The notes beneath the pieces are model-generated. The model did not search any database, was not told the origin of the DNA, and saw only the letters and a list, made by a program, of their open reading frames with translations. The position numbers and the translations under genes are program-made. A stretch of DNA of 59,279 nucleotides, filler included. It is 2 parts of 2 records of this genome, joined end to end, with 100 filler letters (N's around TTAATTAATTAA, not from the genome) between each part and the next. Parts side by side here need not be neighbours in the genome. Positions count along the whole stretch, not along the records: positions 1 to 27,408 come from DRR378314_2373; 1 more part is not named here. One strand, written 5' to 3'. Position 1 is the first letter of the stretch; every line of letters starts with the position of its first letter. Positions 10,764 to 21,773 of the stretch are shown here, in pieces.

Positions 10764-11212
10764 GCCGCCGGCCCGTATAACGCTTTGGCGCGGGCCTCAA
10801 AGGCGCGCACCACCCGTTGCATCGCCTCGTTAAACACGATCCCGATGATGCCCTGCAAAATGGCGTTCTTGAATTCGAAATCGACGTGGAAATGCACCTT
10901 GCAACCGCCCGGCACATCCTCGAACGCCCAGTTCGATTTCATGTATTTGAACGGCCCGTCCAGATACTCCGTATCGATCTTGCGCGCCTCGGGCCAAAGC
11001 ACCACGCGGCTGGTAAAGCGTTCGCGAAACACTTTGAAACTGATCACCAGATCCGCATCCATCACACGGTGGTCGCCCTTATCCTCATCACTGCGGATTC
11101 GCGCAGCGGCGGTCCAGGGCAGAAACTCAGGGTAGGATTTCACATCCGCCACAAGGTCGTACATCTGCTGCGCCGTATAGGGCAGTTCTTTGGTCTCGGT
11201 ATGGGTTGGCAT
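10760..11212 (-). CDS. Coq10/RatA (START/SRPBCC) family, probable ubiquinone-binding protein
   Basis: [29 protein letters not shown]. Confidence 0.88.
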   Translation of the reverse strand: MPTHTETKELPYTAQQMYDLVADVKSYPEFLPWTAAARIRSDEDKGDHRVMDADLVISFKVFRERFTSRVVLWPEARKIDTEYLDGPFKYMKSNWAFEDVPGGCKVHFHVDFEFKNAILQGIIGIVFNEAMQRVVRAFEARAKALYGPAA

Positions 11213-11292
11213 TGCGTTCCGCGCTGGCTCGGGTTAGCTCTGTTTCACCGTTTATGCGGGCAATTTCAAGGGCCAAGGTAAGGGCGGGTGCA

Positions 11293-11829
11293 ATGACTGA
11301 TCGTCGGTATGTGATTGATGAAATGATCTCGGCGAAATCAATTGCCGCACGCATCGAAGAGCTGTGCCGCCAGATCCATGACGAATTTGACGGCACAAAC
11401 AAACTGGTTGTTGTGGGATTGCTGCGCGGCTCTTTTGTATTCATCGCCGATCTGGTGCGCGAGTTGGACCTGCCGATCGAGGTCGATTTCCTTGAGGCAT
11501 CAAGTTACGGCGACGGTATGGAAAGCAGCCGCGAGGTGCGAATCCTGAAAGACCTGCGTGGAGCCATTGAAGGGCGTGATGTGCTGCTGGTTGAGGATAT
11601 TGTCGATACCGGACATACCCTGCATCATGTCACCAACCTATTGAAATCACGCGAACCTGCGCGGCTGAAAACCATCGCCCTGCTGGACAAGCCATCGCGT
11701 CGCGAGGTGGATATGAAGGCGGATTGGACCGGCTTTGAGATCCCCGATGAATTTGTTGTCGGCTATGGCATTGACTACGCACAGCGCAATCGGAACCTGC
11801 CGTTTATCGGCAAGGTGCGCTTTACATGA
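11293..11829 (+). CDS. hpt: Hypoxanthine phosphoribosyltransferase
   Basis: [27 protein letters not shown] motif, FVVGYGIDY. Confidence 0.95.
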   Translation: MTDRRYVIDEMISAKSIAARIEELCRQIHDEFDGTNKLVVVGLLRGSFVFIADLVRELDLPIEVDFLEASSYGDGMESSREVRILKDLRGAIEGRDVLLVEDIVDTGHTLHHVTNLLKSREPARLKTIALLDKPSRREVDMKADWTGFEIPDEFVVGYGIDYAQRNRNLPFIGKVRFT

Positions 11830-11999
11830 ACACAACCTGGCTGATGCGCATGTCGCAATGGGCGCGTAATCCGCCCTCGGCCAAACGTGTAAAACTGGTG
11901 TTTGGCATCATCGCGGTGGCGGCGGTGATTTGGGGTATTGAGTGGCTGGGCTATTGGCCGGAATGGGCCAAGGCCGAGCGGATTCCGCGCAAGTTCTAG
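11826..11999 (+). CDS. Small (57 aa) membrane protein, unknown function
   Basis: [61 protein letters not shown] coupling to hpt; one hydrophobic helix. Missing from the ORF track. Confidence 0.7.
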   Translation: MNTTWLMRMSQWARNPPSAKRVKLVFGIIAVAAVIWGIEWLGYWPEWAKAERIPRKF

Positions 12000-12113
12000 G
12001 CTCCGCCCCCGCTGCCGCTTGGCAGTTCACGAAAATGTTTTCTCGGTTCGCTCAGGCTGCTGTACACTTTCAGGTAGCATATAAATCAATTTCCGTTGAA
12101 CGAGGGGACGACC

Positions 12114-12590
12114 ATGAAGGCTTTTACGAAATCCCATTTTGCCATCGCCAGTGCTGCCGCGCTATTTGCCACGGCAAGCGTTGCAAGCAGCCATGCAACA
12201 AAGTCCAGTAATGCCGATGTTGCCGCACGCCATATGATGATGGAAGTTGTTGCCAAGAATATGGGCATTTTGGGCAGTACCGCCAAAGGTGAAATCGCTT
12301 TCAACGCAGGATTGGTGCAGTCCGCTGCCGGCGGCATCAACATGCTGGCAAAGATTGACCCGACCAGCCTTTGGACCGAAGGCACAGAACAGGGGGCGGC
12401 TGACCTGTCGCGCGCCAAGACCGAAATCTGGAGCGACCCTGCCGGTTTCGCACAGAAGTTTGAGGACATGGCAACTGCTTCTGCTGTCTTGATGGGTGCC
12501 GCAGATCTGGACGCCTTGCGGGCAGGCATGGGCCCCTTGGGCGGGGCATGCAAAGCCTGTCACGAATCCTATCGCGGCCCCAAGAACTGA
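12114..12590 (+). CDS. Cytochrome c'/c556 (class II)
   Basis: Signal peptide, C-terminal CKACH, GAGGGG RBS. Confidence 0.9.
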   Translation: MKAFTKSHFAIASAAALFATASVASSHATKSSNADVAARHMMMEVVAKNMGILGSTAKGEIAFNAGLVQSAAGGINMLAKIDPTSLWTEGTEQGAADLSRAKTEIWSDPAGFAQKFEDMATASAVLMGAADLDALRAGMGPLGGACKACHESYRGPKN

Positions 12591-12593
12591 TCC

Positions 12594-13481
12594 TTGCGCC
12601 GGATTCTTCAAGGCACGGCAGTTCTTGCCCTGATCGCAGCGGTGGGCGCTTGGTTTCTTAGCGCCCCTGCCCCGTTGACGCCGGATTTTGCCACCGGGCA
12701 TCAGCCGGATGTTGGACAGGGCGAGAAAATCTTTATCGCGGCGGGCTGCGCCTCCTGTCATGCCGCACCCGACGCCACAGAAGCACAAAAACAGATCCTT
12801 GCGGGGGGACATGCTTTTGCCAGTGACTTTGGCACGTTTTATGCCCCCAACATCTCTGCCGGTCCGAATGGAATCGGTGCCTGGACCCTGCCGGAATTTG
12901 CCCGCGCTGTGACCGCCGGTGTGTCCCCAGCAGGACAGCATTATTACCCCGCCTTTCCTTACGCCGCCTATCAGCACATGGCGGAAACGGATGTGGCTGA
13001 TCTATTTGCCTATATGCAAAACCTGCCCGTGTCAGATACCCCGGACAAACCTCATGATGTGGGGTTTCCGTTCAATATTCGGCGTGCGCTTGGGCTGTGG
13101 AAGGTCTTGTTTGTTAACGAGGATTTCGTCTTAACGCAGGTCCAGACCTCGGAAATTGAACGGGGTCGTTATCTGGTTGAGGGGCTGGCCCATTGCGGCG
13201 AATGCCATACCCCGCGCAACGTTCTGGGCGGGCTGGACCGGGGTGCATGGCTGTCAGGCGCGCCAAATCCGTCAGGCAAGGGGCGCATTCCAAACATTAC
13301 TCCGGGAGCCCTGACATGGTCCGAAGCGGATCTGATCTATTACTTCGAAAGCGGGCTCACCCCTGACTATGACAGCGCTGGCGGCTCGATGACCGCAGTG
13401 ATCGACAAGCTTGCTCAGCTGCCCGAAAGCGACCGCGCAGCGATTGTGGCCTATCTCAAAGCTGTGCCTGCCCTGCCCTAA
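12594..13481 (+). CDS. Diheme cytochrome c (alcohol/gluconate dehydrogenase cytochrome subunit-like)
   Basis: N-terminal anchor; CASCH and CGECHTPR; FGTFYAPNIS, YYPAFPY. Confidence 0.88.
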   Translation: MRRILQGTAVLALIAAVGAWFLSAPAPLTPDFATGHQPDVGQGEKIFIAAGCASCHAAPDATEAQKQILAGGHAFASDFGTFYAPNISAGPNGIGAWTLPEFARAVTAGVSPAGQHYYPAFPYAAYQHMAETDVADLFAYMQNLPVSDTPDKPHDVGFPFNIRRALGLWKVLFVNEDFVLTQVQTSEIERGRYLVEGLAHCGECHTPRNVLGGLDRGAWLSGAPNPSGKGRIPNITPGALTWSEADLIYYFESGLTPDYDSAGGSMTAVIDKLAQLPESDRAAIVAYLKAVPALP

Positions 13482-13499
13482 CAAGCGGGTGATACAGGT

Positions 13500-14453
13500 T
13501 TAGGCGATCCCCAGCTTCTTGTTACGGGCCGCGCGCAGCTGCGCAAAATCATCGCCCGCGTGATAGCTTGACCGGGTCAGCGGCGTGGCGGAAACCATCA
13601 GGAATCCCTTGCCATAGGCGGATTTCTCATAGGCGGCAAATTCGTCAGGATGCACAAACCGATCCACCCGGTGGTGTTTTGGGGTCGGTTGCAGATATTG
13701 TCCGATGGTCAGGAAATCAATGTCAGCGGCGCGCATATCTTCCATCACCTGAATGACAGACTGGCGGTCTTCGCCTAGCCCCACCATGATGCCGGATTTG
13801 GTGAACATCGAGGGATCAAGTTCCTTGACCCGCTGCAATAGGCGCAGGCTGTGGAAATACCGCGCGCCGGGGCGGACTTCAGGATATAGGCCGGGCACGG
13901 TTTCGAGGTTATGGTTGAACACGTCAGGGCGTGCCTCAACAACCTTTTCAAGGGCTTCCGGGCCGCATCGGATAAAATCCGGTGTCAGGATTTCAATGGT
14001 GGTATCCGGGCTGCGGTGACGGACCGCGCGGATGGTTTGGGCAAAATGTTCCGCCCCGCCATCGGCGATATCATCACGGTCGACCGAGGTGATCACCACA
14101 TGGTTCAACCCCAGTTTCTGTACCGCATCAGCGACGCGCCCCGGTTCGAATACATCCAGATCCTCCGGCGGCTTGCCGGTGGCAATGTTGCAGAAGGTGC
14201 AAGCCCGGGTACAGACCTCACCCATAATCATCATGGTGGCATGGCCCTGTGACCAGCATTCACCAACATTGGGACAGCCCGCTTCTTCGCAGACCGTCAC
14301 AAGGTTGTTGTCACGCATGATTTTGGCCGTTTCAGCATAGCCTTTGCCGCCCGGTGCCTTGACCCTGATCCAGCTGGGTTTTTTCGGCTGGGCATTGTCA
14401 GGCTTATGCGCTTTTTCAGGGTGGCGTTGCTCGGGGATTTTCAGATCACGCAT
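13500..14453 (-). CDS. lipA: Lipoyl synthase
   Basis: [27 protein letters not shown]. Confidence 0.97.
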   Translation of the reverse strand: MRDLKIPEQRHPEKAHKPDNAQPKKPSWIRVKAPGGKGYAETAKIMRDNNLVTVCEEAGCPNVGECWSQGHATMMIMGEVCTRACTFCNIATGKPPEDLDVFEPGRVADAVQKLGLNHVVITSVDRDDIADGGAEHFAQTIRAVRHRSPDTTIEILTPDFIRCGPEALEKVVEARPDVFNHNLETVPGLYPEVRPGARYFHSLRLLQRVKELDPSMFTKSGIMVGLGEDRQSVIQVMEDMRAADIDFLTIGQYLQPTPKHHRVDRFVHPDEFAAYEKSAYGKGFLMVSATPLTRSSYHAGDDFAQLRAARNKKLGIA

Positions 14454-14556
14454 GGCGGGGCTCCGGTTGATTGCCCCCTATGTAACATATTCATCCGGCA
14501 ACAAAAGCCCGGGCAGTTACAATATAGCCATGCGCGGGGCGGCCAGGTGGTTCCCC

Positions 14557-15660
14557 TCAGCCGATCATTGGTCCACCGGGGCCGACAGTTTCGTCGTAAT
14601 GCCGTTTCAGCCGCATCAAGGCGATCCGCAGCACCACCTTGCCCGAGCGCGCAGACCAGCCCAACCGCTTTTCCGCCGCTTCCAGACCTTCAAGATAACA
14701 ACAACAGCGCAGGGCAACATCCGACAGCCCCGGGCCCAGATCCGCCAATGCCGCCGTCACACGGGCGCGTGCCTCGGCCGCAGCGCCCCCCGCTGATCCA
14801 CTTGCGGAATTGCCGGTCTGCACCCCGGCTGTCAGAAACTGATCCCAATTCTGCGCGGTGGAACCGTCCATCTGGGCCAGCTCAAAATCCTCGCGCAGCC
14901 TTTCGCCAGCATGGACCAGCGGTTCCGCCAGAAACGGTTTCCCCTCCTTATTGCGCCGCCGGGCCAGGGCGCTCAGCGGGCTTTCCCCAATCGGGGCACG
15001 GGGCGGACGCGAGTCTTCTTCCCGGTCCAGAACCGCACCCCCCGCCCCCTGCCCCTGAAACGAAGTCGCAGCCTCGGCAAAGCCCGAGGATGAGGATGGG
15101 GCCATACCGAACCGTTGCAGAAACGCCCCCAATGCGTTTCGCCCTGCTGTCGTGATATGATAACGGATGATCCGCCCCGTATTGGCGGGCGTAATCCAGT
15201 CTTTCAACGCCATGGCCTGTGCCACTGAATTGGCAACAACCGCCGTGCGGGTGCTGCCCTGCGGGCCGTCACGCACCACCACCGCCTTGTCCAGATCGGC
15301 GGCCACGGCCAGTACCGCCCCGGTTTCACAAAGCCTGCGCAAAACCCGCATGGATTCGCGCGCAAGGGTGGCATCATCTGGCATGGCCTGTTCGGAAAAG
15401 GGGTTCATATCTGCGGCTTCCTTATTGCCTGAAAGGGGTGCGTGTCGGTTCAATCGCAGGACTGCCGCGCCCAGCTTGCGCAAGGCGGCATCAACAAGGG
15501 GATCATCACGGCGCAATTCAACTTTACGGATCTGACGCAAGACGGTTGAGGCATGACACCCGGCAGCCCGTGCAAGGACGCGTATCGGTTCGCCGTTTTC
15601 CGTATGCGCGATATAGTGAAGTGCCCCAACCGGCACCCATTCAGGAAATTTCCGGGACAT
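14557..15660 (-). CDS. gafA: GafA-like gene transfer agent transcriptional activator (N-terminal HTH + DUF6456); alternative start 15693
   Basis: HASTVLRQIRKVELRRDDPLVD; AGERLREDFELAQM; LEGLEAAEKRLGWSARSGKVVLRIAL. The lipA...guaA context is the known gafA neighbourhood. Confidence 0.8.
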   Translation of the reverse strand: MSRKFPEWVPVGALHYIAHTENGEPIRVLARAAGCHASTVLRQIRKVELRRDDPLVDAALRKLGAAVLRLNRHAPLSGNKEAADMNPFSEQAMPDDATLARESMRVLRRLCETGAVLAVAADLDKAVVVRDGPQGSTRTAVVANSVAQAMALKDWITPANTGRIIRYHITTAGRNALGAFLQRFGMAPSSSSGFAEAATSFQGQGAGGAVLDREEDSRPPRAPIGESPLSALARRRNKEGKPFLAEPLVHAGERLREDFELAQMDGSTAQNWDQFLTAGVQTGNSASGSAGGAAAEARARVTAALADLGPGLSDVALRCCCYLEGLEAAEKRLGWSARSGKVVLRIALMRLKRHYDETVGPGGPMIG

Positions 15661-15722
15661 GCCTGCCACGCCCGATTGTCCACATTGGTTCATCCTTTTC
15701 CCGTGCTCCCACCTGTTTACAT

Positions 15723-15790
15723 TTACCCACAGGTTATCCCAAGATTTCTCCACACAACCTAGGGGGATGCATCGGTTATCGATTGGTAAA
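15723..15790. promoter_or_regulatory. Two degenerate CtrA-like boxes in the gafA/gafB divergent region
   Basis: TTAC-N7-TTATC (15723-15738, +) and TTTA-N7-ATAAC (15790-15775, -), each two mismatches from TTAA-N7-TTAAC. Confidence 0.4.
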
Positions 15791-15949
15791 ATCCCTGCGG
15801 TTTGCTGAGCATTGTCTCTAAATCATAAACAGTTGTGAAAGCTCCGAACGCAGATGCGGGAAGGAACGCAACACCTCCATAGGTTGTGCAATGATGGCTT
15901 GGACGAAAGGCGGAACCGTGCCTTTATCCACTGCTCAAGGATCCATGCC

Positions 15950-16279
15950 ATGAAAGATGTTCTCTCCATGCTCAACACCCTGCATCGTCCACGCCTGATG
16001 ATGCGTGCCGCGCGCATTGGCGCTCAGGATTATCGACGCGCCGCACATCTGCCGCGCCTTCTGGGCTATGGCGTCTTGCCACGCCATGGCGCAGCCTTGC
16101 TCAAACTGATGGATATAGAGGCCGCGCTGGAAGAGCAGCGTGTGACATCAGATGGCAGCTACAGTCTGATCCGCCATCTGGATGTGTTGATCGCAATGGT
16201 GGCAGAAGCGCGCATCTTGCGCTCTGTGCAGGCCGCGTCTCAATCGCCGCGCCCTGCACCAATTGGTGAGGTAAGCTGA
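15950..16279 (+). CDS. gafB: DUF6477 protein, GafB-like
   Basis: LHRPRLMMRAARIG...YSLIRHLDVLIAMVAEAR; divergent from gafA. Confidence 0.7.
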   Translation: MKDVLSMLNTLHRPRLMMRAARIGAQDYRRAAHLPRLLGYGVLPRHGAALLKLMDIEAALEEQRVTSDGSYSLIRHLDVLIAMVAEARILRSVQAASQSPRPAPIGEVS

Positions 16280-16330
16280 ACCTCGCCCCACGGTTCGATA
16301 CCGCAATGACCGGGATCATATACGTCGGAA

Positions 16331-17869
16331 TCACATAAAGCTGTCAGGCTCTGCACTCTTCTTTTGCGCGACAAAGGCATCAAGCGCCTCGCGGATCGCC
16401 GGATCAAGCGCGGGGGCCTGATAATCCGCCAGCATCTTTTCCACCCGAAGTGTCGCCAGCGCCTGCGTGTCACGCGCGCCTTCATCTTCCCATGTTTCGA
16501 ACGGTTTATAATCCAGCAGATCGGACTTCCAGAAGGCTGTCTTGAAATTGTTCTGCGTATGCGCACAGCCCAGATAATGCCCGCCGGGACCAACCTCGCG
16601 GATGGCATCCATCGCCTGTGCGTTCTCGTCAATCTCGACGCCCCGCGCCAGATGATGCAAGGTGCCCAGCTGGTCCGCATCCATCACGAATTTCTCGAAA
16701 CTGCTGACCAGCCCGCCTTCCAGCCAGCCACAGGAATGCAGCATGAAATTCACACCCGCCAAAAGCCCCATGTTCAGACTGTTCGCCGTTTCATAAGCCG
16801 CCTGCGCATCCGGCAGTTTTGAGCCACAGAATGATCCCGCAGAGCGATAAGGCAGGTTCAAACGCCGCGCCAGCTGCCCAGCCCCATAGGTGATATGCGC
16901 CGCCTCTGGTGTGCCAAAGGTCGGCGCACCGGAATTCATGTCAATCGAGGTCACAAAGGCCCCCATGATCACCGGCGCACCGGGGCGGATCAGCTGGGAA
17001 TAAGCAATCCCCGCAAGGGTTTCCGCCAGAACCTGTGTCAGCGTACCTGCAACCGAAACGGGTGCCATCGCCCCACCGACGATAAAGGGCGAGATGATAC
17101 AGGCCTGATTGTTCTGCGCATAAACTTCCAGCGCGCCCATCATCACATCGTCAAAGGTCATCGGAGAGTTGATGTTGATCAGCGATGTCATCACGGTATT
17201 GTCGCGCACAAATTCCTCACCAAAGAGGATCTTGCACATATCCACCGAATCCTGTGCCCGGCTCGGCTCGGTCACCGACCCCATAAACGGTTTATCGCTC
17301 AGGGTCATATGGGCATAGAGCATGTCCAGATGGCGCTTGTTCACCGGCACATCTGTCGGCTCGCAAACCGTGCCGCCGGAATGATGCAGCCATTTGGACA
17401 TATAGCCCAGTTTCACAAACTTGTTGAAATCTTCCATCGTGGCGTAACGGCGCCCGCCAACTGCGTCACGTACAAAGGGGGGACCGTAAACCGGAGCCAG
17501 CACCAGATTATTGCCGCCAACCACCACATTGCGTGCCGGGTTGCGGGCATGTTGGGTATATTGTGACGGTGCTGTTGCACAAAGTTTGCGTGCCAATCCA
17601 CGTGGGATGCGCACCCGCTCACCGTCAATCTCTGCCCCGGCATCGCGCCAGCGCTGAATTGCCGCCGGATTATCAAGAAAATTAACGCCAACCTCTTCCA
17701 ACACGATTTCCGCATTGGTTTCGATCACCTGCATGGCTTCTTCGGTCAGAATCTCAAAGTTCGGGATGTTCCGCTCGATGAACTTGGCCGTTTCAAAAGA
17801 AACCGCGTTGCGTTCGGCCCGTCGTGCGGCACCGCCGCCCCCGCGTCCCCGTCGTGCTGATTCCGCCAT
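16331..17869 (-). CDS. Trimethylamine methyltransferase (MttB) family, non-pyrrolysine
   Basis: GGTVCEPTD, NINSPM, SGAPTFGTPE, SKLPDAQAAYE, GWLEGGL, VGPGGHYLG; no in-frame amber. Confidence 0.9.
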   Translation of the reverse strand: MAESARRGRGGGGAARRAERNAVSFETAKFIERNIPNFEILTEEAMQVIETNAEIVLEEVGVNFLDNPAAIQRWRDAGAEIDGERVRIPRGLARKLCATAPSQYTQHARNPARNVVVGGNNLVLAPVYGPPFVRDAVGGRRYATMEDFNKFVKLGYMSKWLHHSGGTVCEPTDVPVNKRHLDMLYAHMTLSDKPFMGSVTEPSRAQDSVDMCKILFGEEFVRDNTVMTSLININSPMTFDDVMMGALEVYAQNNQACIISPFIVGGAMAPVSVAGTLTQVLAETLAGIAYSQLIRPGAPVIMGAFVTSIDMNSGAPTFGTPEAAHITYGAGQLARRLNLPYRSAGSFCGSKLPDAQAAYETANSLNMGLLAGVNFMLHSCGWLEGGLVSSFEKFVMDADQLGTLHHLARGVEIDENAQAMDAIREVGPGGHYLGCAHTQNNFKTAFWKSDLLDYKPFETWEDEGARDTQALATLRVEKMLADYQAPALDPAIREALDAFVAQKKSAEPDSFM

Positions 17870-18067
17870 ATGTTCACCTTCTCGCGCAAATTTTTACTTC
17901 TGCTACCCTATTCAGGATCGCCACCTTTCGCAGATACCGTCCTGTGCGGGTGAAAAGCGACATTGCCGGTTTCACATCTGTTTTTGGCCGGAAATACTGC
18001 GCTGGTTTTGCCGGGGTGCAGCATTCGGGGACTTGCCAGCCGCGCAATCCCCCAATACTCAAGCGGC

Positions 18068-19657
18068 ATGAGCAAAACAGACGCCCCCACCGCCCCAAAC
18101 CCGCTGGATCATGACCGCCTGCTGATCATCGATTTCGGTTCCCAGGTCACCCAGTTGATTGCCCGCCGCCTGCGCGAGCTGCATGTGTTCTGTGAAATTC
18201 ACCCGTTCAACACGGTGGACGATGCCTTTCTGACAGCGTTCAACCCCAAGGCGGTGATCCTATCGGGCGGCCCTGCCTCGGTCTTTTCCGAAGGGGCCCC
18301 GCGCCCGCCTGCAAAAGTCTTTGAGCTTGATGTGCCAATCCTCGGGATTTGCTATGGCCAGCAGGTGATGATGGAAATGCTTGGCGGCAAGGTCGAGCGC
18401 GGCCATAACACCGCTGAATTTGGCCGTGCCTTTGTCACGCCGGAAGAGGAAAAACTGGATCTGTTGCAGGGGTGGTTTGCCACCGAAAAGGAACAGGTCT
18501 GGATGAGCCACGGCGATCACGTCAGCAAAATTGCCTCCGGATTCAAGGTCTTCGGCACCTCGCCTAATGCGCCCTTTGCCATCACCGCAGATACGGATCG
18601 CAACTTTTACGCGGTGCAATTCCACCCCGAAGTGCATCACACGCCCAATGGGGCAAAGCTCTATGAAAACTTCGTGCGCCTTGCCGGTTTCAAAGGCGAC
18701 TGGACCATGAGCGCATATCGTGAAGAAGCCATTGCCGCCATTCGCGCGCAAGTGGGCGATGAAAAGGTCATCTGCGGCCTGTCCGGCGGGGTTGATTCCT
18801 CCGTTGCCGCCGTGCTGATCCACGAGGCGATCGGCGACCAGCTGACATGCGTTTTTGTCGACCACGGCTTGCTGCGCAAAGGCGAGGCCGAAGAGGTCGT
18901 CACCATGTTCCGCGATCACTACAACATGCCGCTGATCCACGCGGACGAGCAAGAACTGTTCCTTGGCGCACTCGACGGTCAGGATGACCCCGAAACCAAA
19001 CGCAAGATCATCGGCAAGCTGTTTATCGACGTGTTCCAGAAACACGCCAAGGAAGTCGGCGACGCCAAATTCCTCGCTCAGGGCACCTTGTATCCTGATG
19101 TCATCGAGTCGGTCAGCTTTTCCGGTGGCCCCTCGGTCACCATCAAATCGCACCATAATGTCGGCGGTTTGCCCGAAAAAATGGGGTTGAAACTGGTCGA
19201 ACCGCTGCGCGAGCTGTTCAAGGATGAGGTGCGCGCGCTGGGTGTGGAACTCGGCCTGCCGAAGTCCTTTATCGGGCGCCACCCCTTCCCCGGTCCGGGT
19301 CTTGCGATCCGCTGTCCCGGCGAAATCACCCGCCAGAAACTCGACATTCTCCGCGAGGCGGATGCGGTTTACATCGACCAGATCCGCAAACACGGGCTGT
19401 ATGATGACATCTGGCAAGCCTTTGTTGCCATCCTTCCCGTACGCACGGTTGGTGTGATGGGCGACGGGCGCACCTATGATTTTGCCTGTGCTTTGCGGGC
19501 GGTGACATCGGTCGACGGGATGACAGCGGATTATTACCCTTTCAGCCATGAGTTTCTGGGCGAAACCGCGACCCGCATCATCAATGAGGTGCCGGGCATC
19601 AACCGGGTCACCTATGACATCACCTCCAAACCTCCCGGCACCATCGAATGGGAGTGA
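18068..19657 (+). CDS. guaA: GMP synthase (glutamine-hydrolysing)
   Basis: [39 protein letters not shown]. Confidence 0.98.
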   Translation: MSKTDAPTAPNPLDHDRLLIIDFGSQVTQLIARRLRELHVFCEIHPFNTVDDAFLTAFNPKAVILSGGPASVFSEGAPRPPAKVFELDVPILGICYGQQVMMEMLGGKVERGHNTAEFGRAFVTPEEEKLDLLQGWFATEKEQVWMSHGDHVSKIASGFKVFGTSPNAPFAITADTDRNFYAVQFHPEVHHTPNGAKLYENFVRLAGFKGDWTMSAYREEAIAAIRAQVGDEKVICGLSGGVDSSVAAVLIHEAIGDQLTCVFVDHGLLRKGEAEEVVTMFRDHYNMPLIHADEQELFLGALDGQDDPETKRKIIGKLFIDVFQKHAKEVGDAKFLAQGTLYPDVIESVSFSGGPSVTIKSHHNVGGLPEKMGLKLVEPLRELFKDEVRALGVELGLPKSFIGRHPFPGPGLAIRCPGEITRQKLDILREADAVYIDQIRKHGLYDDIWQAFVAILPVRTVGVMGDGRTYDFACALRAVTSVDGMTADYYPFSHEFLGETATRIINEVPGINRVTYDITSKPPGTIEWE

Positions 19658-19926
19658 CCCTGCAAGGATATTTGCGCTGTTCGGATGATACAGAGGCCGC
19701 CCGTGTGCGAGCTGCGTTGGAGGAACACGTCCGCTTGACGCGGGCCGAGGCGGGCTGCGTTTCGTTTCACGTCACCGCCACGGAGGACCCTCTGGTCTGG
19801 CAGGTGGCGGAAGAGTTCACCACACCCGCAGCCTTTGAGGCCCATCAGGCACGGGCCGGTGCGTCAGACTGGGCACGGGAAACCAAAGGCATTGCGCGGG
19901 ACTACCAGATCAAAGGCATGCCATGA
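19648..19926 (+). CDS. Putative quinol monooxygenase (ABM domain)
   Basis: [12 protein letters not shown]...EEF...AFEAHQ; overlaps guaA stop. Confidence 0.8.
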   Translation: MGVTLQGYLRCSDDTEAARVRAALEEHVRLTRAEAGCVSFHVTATEDPLVWQVAEEFTTPAAFEAHQARAGASDWARETKGIARDYQIKGMP

Positions 19927-20786
19927 ACACCACGGTGCAAGCCGCCCTTTGGATGATCGGTGCAGTGGTCAGTTTCACCGCCATGGCGATTGCCGGACGC
20001 GAATTGGGCGGCGATTTCGATACTTTCGAAATTATGATGTACCGCTCGGCCTTTGGCCTGCTGGTGGTGCTGGCTCTTGCCTTTGCCACCGGCAGCTACC
20101 GACAGATTGGCACCGGTGCCCTGCGCACCCATCTGGTGCGCAATCTGTTTCATTTCACCGGCCAGAACCTGTGGTTTTATGCGGTGACCATTGTCCCGCT
20201 GGCACAGGTTTTTGCACTGGAATTCACCACACCGCTTTGGGTGATTGTCCTGTCTTTTCTGTTGCTTGGTGAACGGCTGACCAAAGTTCGTGCATTGGCC
20301 GCCGTGATGGGGTTTATCGGCATCCTGATTGTCGCCCGGCCCAGTGTTGAGGGCATGAATGCCGGCATTCTTGCCGCCGCCGGTTGTGCGGTGTTCTTTG
20401 CCCTGACCTATGTCTTCACCAAACGGCTAACGCGCACAGAAACCATCACCGCGATCATGTTCTATCTGACCTTCGTGCAACTGGTTCTTGGCGTGATTGC
20501 AGCGGGTTACGATGGCGATATCGCCCTGCCGACGGCCCCTGCCCTGCCTTGGTTGATCCTTGTTGCCTGCTGCGGGTTACTGGCGCATTTCTGTATCACA
20601 AAGGCGCTGACCATCGCCCCTGCCACGGTTGTCGCCCCGATTGACTTTGCCCGTCTGCCGCTTGTCGCAGTGGCTGCCATGTTGCTGTATAACGAGGCCA
20701 TCGACATTTGGGTTTTCGTCGGTGCGGTGATCATCTTTGCCGGTAATTATCTGAACATCTGGTTTGAAACCCGCAAATCCGCATGA
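19923..20786 (+). CDS. DMT/EamA family transporter
   Basis: About ten hydrophobic segments, LLGERL, duplicated EamA pattern. Confidence 0.88.
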   Translation: MNTTVQAALWMIGAVVSFTAMAIAGRELGGDFDTFEIMMYRSAFGLLVVLALAFATGSYRQIGTGALRTHLVRNLFHFTGQNLWFYAVTIVPLAQVFALEFTTPLWVIVLSFLLLGERLTKVRALAAVMGFIGILIVARPSVEGMNAGILAAAGCAVFFALTYVFTKRLTRTETITAIMFYLTFVQLVLGVIAAGYDGDIALPTAPALPWLILVACCGLLAHFCITKALTIAPATVVAPIDFARLPLVAVAAMLLYNEAIDIWVFVGAVIIFAGNYLNIWFETRKSA

Positions 20787-20827
20787 AACGGATCGTCTGT
20801 GCCATTGCTGCGACATAGACCCGTCAC

Positions 20828-21742
20828 ATGAACACGCAAAAATCCATATCTTCCCGCGCCTGGGTGGAAATGCTGCTGCTGGCGGCGATCTGGGGCGCCT
20901 CCTTTCTGTCGATCCGCATTGCGCTGGATGAAGTTGGTCCGCTGACAGCAGTGGCGCATCGCGTCGGCTGGGCCGCACTGGCGCTTTGGTTGGTGGTCTG
21001 GTTGATGCGCCTGCCACTGCCGCGCGATCCGAAAACCTGGCTCGGTTTTTTGGGTATGGGGCTGTTGAACAATGTTATCCCCTTTGGGCTAATGGCTTGG
21101 GGGCAGCTTTATATCGAGACCGGGCTGACCTCGATCCTGAACGCCGCCACCGCCATCTTTGGGGTGATCATGGCCGCCCTATTTTTTGCTGATGAACGTA
21201 TCACCCTGCGCAAGGCCGTGGGTGTCACGCTGGGGTTTGCCGGTGTTGCCATGGCAATCGGGTTTGAAAACCTGCGCAGTTTTGATCTACGGTCATTGGC
21301 GCAACTGGCGGTGATCGGCGGTACCATCTCTTATGCGTTGGCCTCTGTCTGGGCGCGCAAGCGGCTGGCCGGTCAGCCCCCCCAAGTGGCCGCGGCGGGG
21401 ATGGTCACCGGATCAACCCTCATCATGCTGCCCCTGGCGTGGTGGATCGAGGGGCCGCTGACCCTGAAGCTGCAATCCGATACAATTCTGGCCATTGGAT
21501 ATTATGCGCTGATCGGCACGGCACTGGCCTATCTGTTGTATTACCGTGTGCTGGCCATGGCGGGCAGTGGCAACCTGATGCTGGTCACCCTGTTGATCCC
21601 GCCTTTTGCGATCGTGCTGGGCGGTCTGGTCCTCGATGAAACGTTGCAGCCCTCGGCCTATGGCGGATTTGCACTGCTTGCGCTTGGACTTCTGGTACTG
21701 GACGGGCGCATCTGGCGTCTGTTGCCTGCGCGGGCTAGGTAG
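20828..21742 (+). CDS. DMT/EamA family transporter
   Basis: IWGASF, NNVIPF, SILNA, GTALAY, LDE. Confidence 0.9.
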   Translation: MNTQKSISSRAWVEMLLLAAIWGASFLSIRIALDEVGPLTAVAHRVGWAALALWLVVWLMRLPLPRDPKTWLGFLGMGLLNNVIPFGLMAWGQLYIETGLTSILNAATAIFGVIMAALFFADERITLRKAVGVTLGFAGVAMAIGFENLRSFDLRSLAQLAVIGGTISYALASVWARKRLAGQPPQVAAAGMVTGSTLIMLPLAWWIEGPLTLKLQSDTILAIGYYALIGTALAYLLYYRVLAMAGSGNLMLVTLLIPPFAIVLGGLVLDETLQPSAYGGFALLALGLLVLDGRIWRLLPARAR

Positions 21743-21773
21743 GGGCAATAGCTGTAACCAATGGACCAACCGC

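Noticed and set aside
10760-11212. RatA toxin-antitoxin system
   Set aside because: No ratB partner; Coq10-like ubiquinone-binding function is the better-supported role for this family.
18260-19549. Long antisense ORFs (e.g. 429 aa opposite guaA; also opposite iorA, metA, ntrY)
   Set aside because: Shadow ORFs expected in GC-rich coding DNA; no recognisable motifs.
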